Shown: positions 9,635 through 18,667 of the stretch, in pieces | How positions within the stretch are numbered: position 1 is the stretch's first letter | How the letters are laid out: each line of letters begins with the position of its first letter | IMG/VR virus record: IMGVR_UViG_2684622674_000004 | Coordinates: 1 to 64,000 of that record | Length of the DNA: 64,000 bases | Reading direction: 5' to 3' (one strand) | DNA from: a virus | Taxonomy: Duplodnaviria > Caudoviricetes | Translations under genes and position numbers: made by a program | Notes under the pieces: generated by a model | The model's database searches: none | Seen by the model: only the letters and a program-made list of their open reading frames with translations | Told to the model about the DNA's origin: nothing

Positions 9635-10213
9635 TTACTGTTTGATTTCAAGAGCTGGCTGATTGTTTTGCTTTGCAGTCTGGATAATCATCTCAGCAAA
9701 TTTATCTGATACGTTTTTTCGAATCCCTGCGTTGACCGCATTGGCGATAGCATCGTCGATATCTTTTTGTATTGGTTTAATTTTCGCCTGAACTAACTCT
9801 TCCATCCGCTTACCCATTAAGTACTTAACTAGCGGCATTGCGTCGTAATCGCTACTAAAATTGCCTCTTGAATCGACTTTTTTCTCAAGAGTTTTGTCAA
9901 AGCTGCGTTTAATAAGGTCTGTAATAGTCAGGCAGTCCTGCACATCACCCCACTTATCAGTAACTGTGACTTCTTTCTCCAGCCAATCATCTGCAAATTT
10001 AATGGCTTTCTGCTCAATGGCTTCTTTCGCTACTGAAATTGATTCGTTGATTGCCTGATTAATCTGCGCAGAGGCTTCTTTTTCCACTTTAGCCAAGCAA
10101 TCGCGTGAAATAGCATTTTTAACGCCGCTGATAATTTCTTGCTTAACTTCTGCGTCTAAGTCGCCATCTTCGCCAAGCCATTCAAGTTCTACAGATATGT
10201 TCAATTTCATCAT
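9635..10213 (-). CDS. Hypothetical phage protein
   Basis: 192-aa ORF with GAGG RBS. Confidence 0.65.
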   Translation of the reverse strand: MMKLNISVELEWLGEDGDLDAEVKQEIISGVKNAISRDCLAKVEKEASAQINQAINESISVAKEAIEQKAIKFADDWLEKEVTVTDKWGDVQDCLTITDLIKRSFDKTLEKKVDSRGNFSSDYDAMPLVKYLMGKRMEELVQAKIKPIQKDIDDAIANAVNAGIRKNVSDKFAEMIIQTAKQNNQPALEIKQ

Positions 10214-10262
10214 TCATTCCTCATTTACCCGCCAATAAAAAAGGCCGCGTTATGCGACCTTG

Positions 10263-10568
10263 TTAATCTTCTTTTGTGGTTACGATTTCTATATCGTCCG
10301 GTACCTGAATGGTAAGCAGTGTGCTATACCCATGTTCGTAAACTGAGTAGCTAACAGGCCAATCAGGTATCGCCACACCTTCGCCTACCGGAGCAATCCC
10401 AACGCTCCACAGTCCACTATCCAGATATTGACCAATGACCAACACCTCGCCCTCGGAGGATTTCAGGTGATACTTGCCAACGTCATCGAAGCAGCCTATT
10501 TCTTCACGAATATCTCCTTCGCACTCAAACAGGTCATCACTTTCACCATAAAAACGTAACTCTTTCAT
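10263..10568 (-). CDS. Hypothetical phage protein
   Basis: 101 aa, FYGESDDLFE motif; followed by terminator 10236-10262. Confidence 0.65.
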   Translation of the reverse strand: MKELRFYGESDDLFECEGDIREEIGCFDDVGKYHLKSSEGEVLVIGQYLDSGLWSVGIAPVGEGVAIPDWPVSYSVYEHGYSTLLTIQVPDDIEIVTTKED

Positions 10569-10608
10569 CTCTTCCCCCTTAACTATGTGGTGGGCTTCTT
10601 TGCGAACG

Positions 10609-10851
10609 TTAATCTGCGAGTCCAGAAATATCGATTCCCATCATTTTCAAAGCAGTGGCTGGGTCTAGCTGGAGAATATCCCACCCCAGCTTTGAACGAA
10701 TCTCACCAGATTCAACACGGTCAATGTTCACCATAAAATCAGCAAACTTCTCGCGGTACACTTCTTCTGTTTCGTTTTCTAACGGCTGGCGGAAATTTCG
10801 CATTTTGGCGCGACGCTTCAGACTTTCTAAATTAGGGAATGACATTGGCAT
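10609..10851 (-). CDS. Hypothetical phage protein
   Basis: 80-aa ORF directly after N. Confidence 0.6.
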   Translation of the reverse strand: MPMSFPNLESLKRRAKMRNFRQPLENETEEVYREKFADFMVNIDRVESGEIRSKLGWDILQLDPATALKMMGIDISGLAD

Positions 10852-10856
10852 GGTAT

Positions 10857-11090
10857 TTACCTCGCTGTTAATGATTCTGACTTACGGAAGCCTGCTGCAA
10901 ACTTAGCTACTTCAGGCAAACATATGTTGTCCGCGCTGGGCCGCACTGTGCTGCGAACTTGAATAGGCATCGTTGCCTTGTATACCCGAGCTGTGCAGCC
11001 TGTAAGAGCTATAGCAATGCTCTTCTCTAACCGACCCTCTGCTGCACATTTAGCTCTGTAACGAGCGGTGCGTCGTTCTCTAGAATTCAT
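10857..11090 (-). CDS. N: Antiterminator N
   Basis: Arg-rich MNSRERRTARYRAK; C-terminus LPEVAKFAAGFRKSESLTAR resembles P22 N; downstream of nutL. Confidence 0.88.
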   Translation of the reverse strand: MNSRERRTARYRAKCAAEGRLEKSIAIALTGCTARVYKATMPIQVRSTVRPSADNICLPEVAKFAAGFRKSESLTAR

Positions 11091-11106
11091 GGCGTGTCTC
11101 CGGTGA

Positions 11107-11211
11107 TTGGCTTTGGTGATGTGGTGGACAGTGACGATCTCTGTCTGGGCTGTGACTGCATTTACAGCCATCAGCCTCTACAGCAAGATTTTCACCACAT
11201 CCCAAAGCCAA
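11107..11211 (-). promoter_or_regulatory. Long stem in the N leader, probable RNase III site
   Basis: TTGGCTTTGGTGATGTGGTGGA pairs with TTCACCACATCCCAAAGCCAA; same position as the lambda pL RNase III hairpin. Confidence 0.7.
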
Positions 11212-11223
11212 CTTCTCTTTGGT

Positions 11224-11259
11224 GCCCTCGTATCAGGGCAATCTAATTGTTAAAGAGCG
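11224..11259 (-). promoter_or_regulatory. nutL (boxA + boxB)
   Basis: CGCTCTTTAAC then GCCCT-GATACG-AGGGC on the minus strand. Confidence 0.9.
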
Positions 11260-11304
11260 TGATATCCGTTTCGTACTGCTCCGGCGTCCTGCCGTGTTGA
11301 TGGG

Positions 11305-11350
11305 CTTAATTTAATACTATGGTTGTATTGGTGTCAACAACTATGGTTGT
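11305..11350 (-). promoter_or_regulatory. pL and OL operators
   Basis: TTGACA -35 (11333-11338); 14-bp sites AATACTATGGTTGT and ACAACTATGGTTGT. Confidence 0.8.
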
Positions 11351-11486
11351 AATTAAGTTGTAATTGGTTTTATTTGGTTGTTTTTAAAGTGAATTTAATT
11401 AAAAAATAATTCAGGCGTGACCCTTCGCACCGGCTAACAGGCGTGAAAAGTGTGCTAAATTGGTCGAAATTCAGACGGAGGTGGGT

Positions 11487-11690
11487 ATGTACACAGAAGA
11501 TGCAGACGCGCTATATAACGAAATGTGCAGAGTGATAGGGGATGCGGTGCTTATTTTGGCTGAGGCTAACTATGAGACGAAGAGGGTAGTGATAGCTGAT
11601 GCGCTTAGAACGGCACTGGCGAGTAATCACGAACGGCCGGAGCAGATGAAGACAGCAATGGAGTTGGCGATAAAGCTATTAGAGCAGTGA
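11487..11690 (+). CDS. YdhZ/FumD (DUF2767)-like small protein
   Basis: DALYNEMCRVIGDAVL...KRVVIADALRTALAS resembles E. coli YdhZ; GGAGGT RBS. Confidence 0.7.
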   Translation: MYTEDADALYNEMCRVIGDAVLILAEANYETKRVVIADALRTALASNHERPEQMKTAMELAIKLLEQ

Positions 11691-11710
11691 GATTGTCAGA
11701 TTACAGGCAC

Positions 11711-11736
11711 AAAAAACCCGGCAGCGGGGCCGGGTT
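11711..11736. terminator. Intrinsic terminator between convergent genes
   Basis: AAAAAACCCGGC-AGCGGG-GCCGGGTT. Confidence 0.7.
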
Positions 11737-11744
11737 AAGTAATG

Positions 11745-12836
11745 CTAAAGGCAGCCGACTACATACTTTACATCAGATTCAAGGGACTGAATTTGAGCTT
11801 TGTTAGCTTGTGTTGCCATGCCATATATTGTGTAGCTTTTATGCTGTAATTTACTAAGCGGACAGCCTTCATGGTTGATGATCGCGGCTAATGTATTGCC
11901 ATCTTTTACATTTTTAACTCTTTCTTCAAGATCCACGTCAGTGAAGAGATTTGAGTGAGTTTTTAATAAATCATCTGTAATTCTACGAATTTCTTCAGCG
12001 TGAGATTTAAACGCCTTAGCTGCATCACTTTCATTCGTACGAGATCTGTTCTGTACGAACACATGTAGTTTTGGCAGTTCTATCTTGTTTTGCTTAGACT
12101 CTTTGTTGAAGTCTAGGAACATCTCATCTTGCTCGGAATTATCTATTGAAACCCCAAAAATAAGTTTTACAAGGTTTTTTATTCCTCGAATAGAAGCGGC
12201 ATCGGCTGTGCATGGGATTATTATTCTGTTTGATGCAACAACCCCAAGCTCGGTATAGCTTGCAAAACTCGGGTTACAGTCAATGAAAAAAGTTTTTGGC
12301 CTATTTGGCATGCTTTTGTCTGCTTCAAAAGACTCAATAAGATCAACAAGTAAATATCGACTTTTTTTCCAGGCTTCTTTTACTGGCGAAGAACCAATGT
12401 GAGAAATCAATCTAGAACAAATATCTAGGTCTACATCCCCCGGCAGGAGATACAGATTTTCAGGCATCTTTAGGTTAACTTGATTGACCCTTACAAAGTA
12501 AGAGGATTCATTCCCCATACGACTTAAAGGTGATGTGCTAAATCTTTCTTTAATGTATCCCGCGATAGTAGTGTTCCTGTCGCGTAGCGCATTCAAATTC
12601 TCTTCACCAACACCATTACCGCCTAATATAATTTCAGATACATTTGACTGAGGGCAGGCATCAATCACAACGACATCTTCTTCAGGGTGAGAAATAGCAT
12701 ATTCAACAGCAAGGTTGTATGTAAGGAATGTTTTCCCAACACCACCTTTGTTGTTCCAAACTAGATATTTCTTATTGATTCCAGCCATTTGCGCCTGCTC
12801 ATCTGTATCTGAATTTATATAATCTTCCATTATCAT
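11745..12836 (-). CDS. Orphan ParA/Soj-family (deviant Walker A) ATPase
   Basis: NNKGGVGKT, VIDACPQSN, FIDCNPS; AT-rich; own TTGACA at 12933-12938. Confidence 0.85.
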   Translation of the reverse strand: MIMEDYINSDTDEQAQMAGINKKYLVWNNKGGVGKTFLTYNLAVEYAISHPEEDVVVIDACPQSNVSEIILGGNGVGEENLNALRDRNTTIAGYIKERFSTSPLSRMGNESSYFVRVNQVNLKMPENLYLLPGDVDLDICSRLISHIGSSPVKEAWKKSRYLLVDLIESFEADKSMPNRPKTFFIDCNPSFASYTELGVVASNRIIIPCTADAASIRGIKNLVKLIFGVSIDNSEQDEMFLDFNKESKQNKIELPKLHVFVQNRSRTNESDAAKAFKSHAEEIRRITDDLLKTHSNLFTDVDLEERVKNVKDGNTLAAIINHEGCPLSKLQHKSYTIYGMATQANKAQIQSLESDVKYVVGCL

Positions 12837-13018
12837 ATCCTATTAAGCTGTGTCTATAAAATTATTCAAGCTGATAAGTAGAGATAATGGGCGGTAATTA
12901 TCTATTTATCAGTAGGGAAAGCGTTAATCACTTGTCAATTTTTTATTCAGGTCGTTTGGATATCTGAGTTTTTTAAAACAATCTTTACCCACCCCTCTAT
13001 GGGCTAGCAGTGGGTTAG

Positions 13019-13738
13019 CTACCAAGCCATTACTGACCAGTTGATGACTCGACCGATTATTTCAACCGAGCCAAGATCAGCTTCTTCATCAGGGAACTCA
13101 TCTTTGTTGTAACTTCTAATGCTTAGCTTGTTGCCAGGTAATCGATAGAGGATTTTTAAGCGACAAAGTCCATCCTGACAAATGCCATAAATGCCTCCAT
13201 CAACAATCTTTTTATTTCCAGTATCAATTGTTACCGTTGTCTTTTCTGGCATGACAGGAAGCATGCTGTTGCCATGTATAGGGAACGAAACTACGTTTTC
13301 TTTTTGAGCCCCATAGCGACGCAACGTCGCCTTTGAAAATCGCAAAAGAAAAGCATTGTGGTCATCGCCATTTTCTTTCCCATGCCCAGCAGCAAGCTCT
13401 ATATCTTTATAAAACCTAATGTAAACCTCGTCATCTGGTAGAGGGGTATCGCTATCCCACGCATCAACACTTCCCCATTCAGATTCAGGGGGGATAGAAG
13501 AGTCAGATCTATCTGGCTTTACGTTGCTACCTAAATTATTTGCTTCGCCAGATAACCACTGAGGATCTACATTCAGTGCATTAGCCAGCGCAACGAGGTA
13601 GCCAGTCTTTTCGACCTTGCCCGCTTCAATCTTCTGAATCGCCGCCTGCGTAACGCCAGCACGCTCACCAAGCTGTACTTGAGTTAGTTTTGCGGCCTTC
13701 CTCGCCTTCTTCAATCGTTCTGCTAGTTCCATTTTCAT
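13019..13738 (-). CDS. cI: CI repressor (HTH + S24 peptidase)
   Basis: HTH QAAIQKIEAG; Ala-Gly site (LAAGHG); GNSM Ser and RLK Lys. Confidence 0.93.
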   Translation of the reverse strand: MKMELAERLKKARKAAKLTQVQLGERAGVTQAAIQKIEAGKVEKTGYLVALANALNVDPQWLSGEANNLGSNVKPDRSDSSIPPESEWGSVDAWDSDTPLPDDEVYIRFYKDIELAAGHGKENGDDHNAFLLRFSKATLRRYGAQKENVVSFPIHGNSMLPVMPEKTTVTIDTGNKKIVDGGIYGICQDGLCRLKILYRLPGNKLSIRSYNKDEFPDEEADLGSVEIIGRVINWSVMAW

Positions 13739-13842
13739 CTCGCGAAAATACAACCGTAGTAATCACTCGTCAAACAACCATTTGCTTGCAATAAAACAAC
13801 TATGGTTATATATTTATCTCTAATTACAACGGAGGTAGTTTT
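13739..13842. promoter_or_regulatory. OR region: pRM (leaderless cI mRNA), pR and 434-like 14-bp operators
   Basis: Minus TTGACG-17-TATTTT ending 6 nt before the cI ATG; plus TTGCAA-17-TATATT; ACAAC half-sites at 13750, 13774, 13796, 13826. Confidence 0.8.
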
Positions 13843-14070
13843 ATGAACCAAATTATTAAAACCGCTATCGCCATTGTTGGTACTCAAAAGGAACTAGCAA
13901 GAGCGTGCGGCGTAAGCCAATCAGCCGTCCAGAAGTGGCTGCACAACAAGGCAAAAGTAGCGCCTGAAAATGTTGATGCATTAGTTAAAGCAACTGGTGG
14001 TGCTATTGAGGACTATCAGATTCGACCTGACTTGCCACACCTGTTTAAACACCCAGAACAAGCAGCTTAA
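13843..14070 (+). CDS. cro: Cro-like repressor (YdaS family)
   Basis: HTH QKELARACGVSQSAVQKW, IRPDL; divergent from cI. Confidence 0.9.
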   Translation: MNQIIKTAIAIVGTQKELARACGVSQSAVQKWLHNKAKVAPENVDALVKATGGAIEDYQIRPDLPHLFKHPEQAA

Positions 14071-14077
14071 GCACTAC

Positions 14078-14114
14078 CGCTCTTTAACACCACTGACCGC
14101 CCTGACTCGAGGGC
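14078..14114 (+). promoter_or_regulatory. nutR (boxA + boxB)
   Basis: CGCTCTTTAAC then GCCCT-GACTCG-AGGGC. Confidence 0.9.
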
Positions 14115-14181
14115 ACCACTACCAAAGTGACAAGCTCACAGCTTTGTCACGTAACAACATCTAACAAGGGAAGAGTACGCA

Positions 14182-14469
14182 ATGGAACGTGCAAGTAACA
14201 GCAAGAGAATTATGGAAGTTGAATCTGAGCTACGAAGCCGAATGGCTATCAAGGGCCAGAGCAAGTTTGCGCGGGAGGCTGGCTGGGCCGAATCAAAGGT
14301 AAGCCGGTTAAACGTACATGACATGGCAGTGACGTTTGTTCTTCTGGAGAAGATATGGGAGACGAGCGTGATAAGGGAAATCGCAAGGCAGGCTGTGATT
14401 GCGGTGACCGGAAAGCAAAAAGCCCCTGCGCGAACAGAGGCTTCAGAACAATTCACTATGAACTTTTAA
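14182..14469 (+). CDS. cII: CII activator
   Basis: ESELRSRMAIKGQSKFAREAGWAESKVSR; position after nutR. Confidence 0.85.
   Translation: MERASNSKRIMEVESELRSRMAIKGQSKFAREAGWAESKVSRLNVHDMAVTFVLLEKIWETSVIREIARQAVIAVTGKQKAPARTEASEQFTMNF
14191..14204 (-). promoter_or_regulatory. CII binding site of pRE
   Basis: TTGC-N6-TTGC on the minus strand inside the cII 5' end. Confidence 0.75.
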
Positions 14470-14519
14470 CTGGATCAATTCACAGGAGTAATTATGAACG
14501 AGAAGCCAATACTTTTCAA
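14412..14519 (-). ncRNA. OOP-like antisense RNA to cII, with promoter and terminator
   Basis: Minus TTGAAA-17-CATAAT (14519-14491); hairpin plus U-tract at 14417-14443. Confidence 0.65.
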
Positions 14520-15213
14520 TGCTGAGATGGTCAACGCTATTCTCAGTGGCCGCAAGACGCAGACGCGCCGGATTATGAAGGTTCAGCCCGAAAATACACA
14601 CCTAGGACTTCGCCGCATTATTGAGTCAAAGAATAGTAGCGAAAACGGGAAATATTTTTGGTCTCAGTCTGATGCGTGCGGAACGAAACCTCGCTCAAAA
14701 ACTTTCTCATGCCCACTTGGGCATCCCGGCGATCAGTTATGGGTTCGCGAGACATTTTCTCTTCTTGGTAACGAGGATGGTGTTTGTGTCGATTGGCAAG
14801 ACAACATGGTCAAAAGTGATGAGCAAGCGGCCGCCCGCATATACAAGGCTAGCTGCGAACAAAAGCATGGTGATTACGGGCTGTATTCAATCCCTGATTC
14901 AGCCTATTGGAAGCCTGACACTACAAACATGAAGTATGAGGGGTCATGGCGTCCATCCATCCACATGCCGCGCTGGGCTTCTCGCATCAACTTGCTAATC
15001 ACCGGCGTTCGTGTTGAGCGGTTGCAGGATATCAGTGAGCAGGATGCTAGGGCTGAAGGATGCGCGTACGGGAAAGGGAATGGTGAAATTGATTTGGCTG
15101 TGAGGCCAGAGAATCACTTCCCTACTTTGTGGGCATCTATCTACGGCGCTGAAAGCTGGCAGGCTAACCCATGGGTATGGGTAATTAATTTTGAGCGCAT
15201 GGAGGCCAAATGA
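14494..15213 (+). CDS. ASCH/PUA-like phage protein
   Basis: ILFNAEMVNAILSGRKTQTRR, WRPSIHMPRWASRI, NPWVWV motifs. Confidence 0.7.
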   Translation: MNEKPILFNAEMVNAILSGRKTQTRRIMKVQPENTHLGLRRIIESKNSSENGKYFWSQSDACGTKPRSKTFSCPLGHPGDQLWVRETFSLLGNEDGVCVDWQDNMVKSDEQAAARIYKASCEQKHGDYGLYSIPDSAYWKPDTTNMKYEGSWRPSIHMPRWASRINLLITGVRVERLQDISEQDARAEGCAYGKGNGEIDLAVRPENHFPTLWASIYGAESWQANPWVWVINFERMEAK

Positions 15214-16115
15214 ATACAGCGGAAATCTTATTATTTCCCGAGCAAATACCAAGGGAACTCAGGAGCAACAGGATGGAGAACCAGAAGCTTGGTTATGTCC
15301 CGTTGTACCGAAGCATCAAGAAGAAACCTTGGGCCAAAGACGTTTTCCTGAGGACTCTCTGGGAGGACCTGCTATTTGGTGCTCAAAGAAAGCCCCGCAC
15401 GGTTAATTTCAAAGGTAACCAATGGAATCTTCAAGCCGGTCAACTGGTCACGACAGCGGCTGATTTAGGGCTATCTCTGTGCGATAGAGAAGGTAAGCCA
15501 ACAAGCCGTGATGCGGTGGGCAGGATGCTCTCCTTTTTTGTCAAAGAAGGGATGATTGCAACGGGTGGTGAGAAGCGAAAAGGGACGGTAATCACCATCC
15601 TAAATTACGCTGAATATGCCGAAAAAATAGACAATTTACCCGCACATAACGCCGCACTTAAGCCCGCACATGGTGAAGCCAGTAACGGCGCGGCTTTAGA
15701 GGGTAGTGCCGCACATAATGCCGCACTTAAACCCGCACATCATGAACAAGAAGGTAATAACAAGAATATAAATACTAACCCCCTTAATCCCCCAAAGGGG
15801 AAAGTTAAAGGGTTCGATCCTCTTGAGGTTGAAATCCCTGAATGGCTTAGCAGGCAATCTTGGATTGAGTGGGTTAGCTACCGGTCACAATCGAAGAAAC
15901 CAATCAAGTCGATGCTCACCGTTACCAAAGCGTTCAACCTCCTGAAAGAATGTTTTGACGAGGGGCACGACCCATCAGCCGTAATCGACGCCAGCATAGC
16001 CAACAGCTACCAAGGCCTATTCAAACCGAAGTATCCAATCAGCCAGCAGACTCAAGTCGTAAATAACCAGACTCACTGGAACGACAAAGAGGCATGGGAG
16101 AATGAGTTCATATGA
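15210..16115 (+). CDS. Replication initiator O-like
   Basis: Position, internal iterons, C-terminal W..WVSYR domain. Confidence 0.85.
   Translation: MNTAEILLFPEQIPRELRSNRMENQKLGYVPLYRSIKKKPWAKDVFLRTLWEDLLFGAQRKPRTVNFKGNQWNLQAGQLVTTAADLGLSLCDREGKPTSRDAVGRMLSFFVKEGMIATGGEKRKGTVITILNYAEYAEKIDNLPAHNAALKPAHGEASNGAALEGSAAHNAALKPAHHEQEGNNKNINTNPLNPPKGKVKGFDPLEVEIPEWLSRQSWIEWVSYRSQSKKPIKSMLTVTKAFNLLKECFDEGHDPSAVIDASIANSYQGLFKPKYPISQQTQVVNNQTHWNDKEAWENEFI
15639..15741 (+). repeat. Phage ori iterons
   Basis: Six CCGCAC(A/T)T units in two blocks of three inside O. Confidence 0.85.
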
Positions 16116-16807
16116 GCAACTTAACTCGCATTATCGATAGTCGTGACGGTTCTGCGCTGGCCCGCATGGTTGGATCTGCGCCAGAAGCCGTGAAGATGGT
16201 GAATCCAGAAGCTGAAAAGATGGTGGATGCACTATTCAAAAACTTGAAGCAGGTATTCCCAGCCGCCGTATCAACCACGTTTCGCAACCCCGCTGATGAA
16301 GTGGCTGCCAAGCGTCAGTGGATCGCCGCCTTTGCTGAAAATGGTATTCGCAGTCGTGAGCAGTTATCCGCTGGTATGCAACATGCCCGAGCCAGTGAAT
16401 CCCCGTTCTGGCCGTCACCTGGTCAATTCATTGCATGGTGCAAGCAGGGTGCCACCCGCGCCGCTGGACTGCCTGACGCTGATGAGCTTTACGACATGGT
16501 GATGGACTATGCCAAGCGTCGTGACATGTTCAGCAGTGCCGAAGCATTCCCTTGGCCCAGCAATCCGGCTTACTGGATGGTCACAAAGCTTTATTCACAG
16601 CAGCGAGTGCAGGGGTTATCTGAGCAGGACTTACGGAAACGTTGTGGCAAAGAGTTGGCTGACATGTCGAAGCGTATCGAGGCTGGAGAACCAATCCCCG
16701 CACCGGTAGTGCAAATCCCTAAACTTCACATACCGGTTAGTAACGAGAAGGCACTGGATCACATTGCTGAACTGCGAGCCAAGCTGAACATGACGAGGAA
16801 ATCATGA
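16112..16807 (+). CDS. Replication protein P (helicase loader)
   Basis: KRQWIAAFAENGI, PSPGQFIAWC motifs of lambda P. Confidence 0.9.
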   Translation: MSNLTRIIDSRDGSALARMVGSAPEAVKMVNPEAEKMVDALFKNLKQVFPAAVSTTFRNPADEVAAKRQWIAAFAENGIRSREQLSAGMQHARASESPFWPSPGQFIAWCKQGATRAAGLPDADELYDMVMDYAKRRDMFSSAEAFPWPSNPAYWMVTKLYSQQRVQGLSEQDLRKRCGKELADMSKRIEAGEPIPAPVVQIPKLHIPVSNEKALDHIAELRAKLNMTRKS

Positions 16808-17049
16808 ACGCCTTGGGCCAATACATCAAGCATCAGATAGAGCAGCAAGAACGCCATGAGCAAGCCCTCCGCATTAAATTCCTAAGCAAGTTACCTGAAA
16901 ACACCTTTCAAGCAATTTACGAAGAGTGCTTTGGCGCTGATGAAATCGATGATTGTTCAGGTGCAAGGTACAACGGAATTTACTACAGCGAGTGGGATAT
17001 CTATTTCGCATCACATGAGCGTGACAGTTACGCGGAAGTGCTGCTGTAA
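16804..17049 (+). CDS. Hypothetical nin-region protein
   Basis: ATGA-coupled to P. Confidence 0.55.
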   Translation: MNALGQYIKHQIEQQERHEQALRIKFLSKLPENTFQAIYEECFGADEIDDCSGARYNGIYYSEWDIYFASHERDSYAEVLL

Positions 17050-17066
17050 ATCAATTCGAGGAAATC

Positions 17067-17390
17067 ATGATGGAAAAGACAATAAAACAACTGCAAGACG
17101 AAAACGAATTTCTCCGCAAAAGAATCAAAGAGATTGATTTGATTTTCGGGAAGAACCTTTTAGTTATGCAAGCAGCTTGCATTGAGGCAGAGCATGGAAA
17201 GGGCGACAAGGTTGCAATGTCATGGATATTTAACACGCTACTTGGCCCCGGTGAATTTGCGCCTGACGAAGAGAAAGATGCTCAAGCTTACTTCGACCGT
17301 GAATTTAAAATTATCGATAAAGAACTCAGTGATGTTTACGACTGGCTCCATGAGCGCAGGAAGCGGGAAGAAGCAAAGGTGAAATCATGA
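17067..17390 (+). CDS. Hypothetical nin-region protein
   Basis: 107 aa, GAGG RBS. Confidence 0.6.
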   Translation: MMEKTIKQLQDENEFLRKRIKEIDLIFGKNLLVMQAACIEAEHGKGDKVAMSWIFNTLLGPGEFAPDEEKDAQAYFDREFKIIDKELSDVYDWLHERRKREEAKVKS

Positions 17391-17752
17391 TGGACATAAC
17401 TAAATCGCGGGAAGAGTCACGAAAACAATTTGAATACGAGGCCGGGAAAACTCTCTGTCTTCCAACCTCAATCATTGAGTTAGCTCGAAAAGGCGATGGC
17501 TACGACCACGCATTCGACGGCATGAACATTATGCACCCGTTAAATGGTTGGTGGCATTGGTGGCAGGCTAGCCGTGAAAGCATCGAGGTGGAGCTGCCGC
17601 CTAGAAAATCAGCAGATATAGATTCAGAAAAATACCCCGACATGACTATGTACGAAGCGATGATGAGAGAGGGTATTTATAACGATTGTATTTTTGAATG
17701 CGAGAAAATCCTCCGCACTGCCGGCATTCGAATCAAGGGAGAGAGTGAATGA
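17387..17752 (+). CDS. Hypothetical nin-region protein
   Basis: WQASRESIEVELP motif common in lambdoid nin regions. Confidence 0.6.
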   Translation: MMDITKSREESRKQFEYEAGKTLCLPTSIIELARKGDGYDHAFDGMNIMHPLNGWWHWWQASRESIEVELPPRKSADIDSEKYPDMTMYEAMMREGIYNDCIFECEKILRTAGIRIKGESE

Positions 17753-17991
17753 GTAGGTTCATCGCAGTAATTCATGGCTGGCATGTACATAGCAACGGTT
17801 TCACGGTTCACGAAATCGAGGCGCAAGACATAACGCAAGCCGCCAAAGAAGCAGCCTATCTGAAAGACCAGCGCCAGCGTCCATTCGATGAATGTGCGGT
17901 CAAGGTTATCCAAATTTCAGATAGTGAATTTATACAGAAACCCGCGCGACTGTCTTGGCGTGAAAGAATTACGGGAGTGGTAAAACCATGA
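17749..17991 (+). CDS. Hypothetical nin-region protein
   Basis: Coupled 80-aa ORF. Confidence 0.55.
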   Translation: MSRFIAVIHGWHVHSNGFTVHEIEAQDITQAAKEAAYLKDQRQRPFDECAVKVIQISDSEFIQKPARLSWRERITGVVKP

Positions 17992-18422
17992 AAGAATTAG
18001 ATAGTTTCACTGTAGAGAGACTGGAAGAAATAACTGAGTTGAAAGCACTATCATTCCCACCATCACATGCTGAAAGTGCAGCGCTAGCCCGAATCGCGTT
18101 AGCTGCAAAGAGGGCTGAGCCTGTAAACCTTGAATCCGCAATAGAAAAATTCAAGGAGTACAACATTGGCTTTCCAGTTGAAAAACTCAAAGCTGACTTT
18201 GTTATTTCATGGTGCCTAAATAATCTCACCCCACAGTTGAACTCTCCGGAGATACCGGATGGTTGGAAGCTGGCCCCCATTAATCCAACAGCGGCAATGA
18301 TGGCAGCGGCAATGGAATGCGATGATGTGGTCTACGACTTGGACAACGATACTATTTTCTGCGTTCAATTCGATAATATTTATGCAGCCATGCTCGCCTC
18401 CGCGCCGGAGAAGCCACTATGA
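17988..18422 (+). CDS. Eaa-like phage protein
   Basis: LARIALAA and NSPEIPDGWKLAP..PT..M motifs. Confidence 0.6.
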   Translation: MKELDSFTVERLEEITELKALSFPPSHAESAALARIALAAKRAEPVNLESAIEKFKEYNIGFPVEKLKADFVISWCLNNLTPQLNSPEIPDGWKLAPINPTAAMMAAAMECDDVVYDLDNDTIFCVQFDNIYAAMLASAPEKPL

Positions 18423-18667
18423 CCACTAAGCCGACCGATGAAGAAATTCTGAATGCAATAACTAAGTTTGGTTGCAGGATGGAAGTTACGTACGTCATTG
18501 CAAATAGACTCCGGCTAGATGGTTTCAATGGCTTAGATACCAGCTTTGTACGCCGAAGATTGGAGAGGATGGAAAAAGCCGGCAACGTAAAACGAGTCCA
18601 ATCATGCTACGCCAAAATGATTTGCTGGGAGGTAATCACTCACGCTCCGGAGAAAGAAAATGGATAA
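18419..18667 (+). CDS. Hypothetical winged-helix-like protein
   Basis: 82 aa; VRRRLERMEKAGNV. Confidence 0.5.
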   Translation: MTTKPTDEEILNAITKFGCRMEVTYVIANRLRLDGFNGLDTSFVRRRLERMEKAGNVKRVQSCYAKMICWEVITHAPEKENG

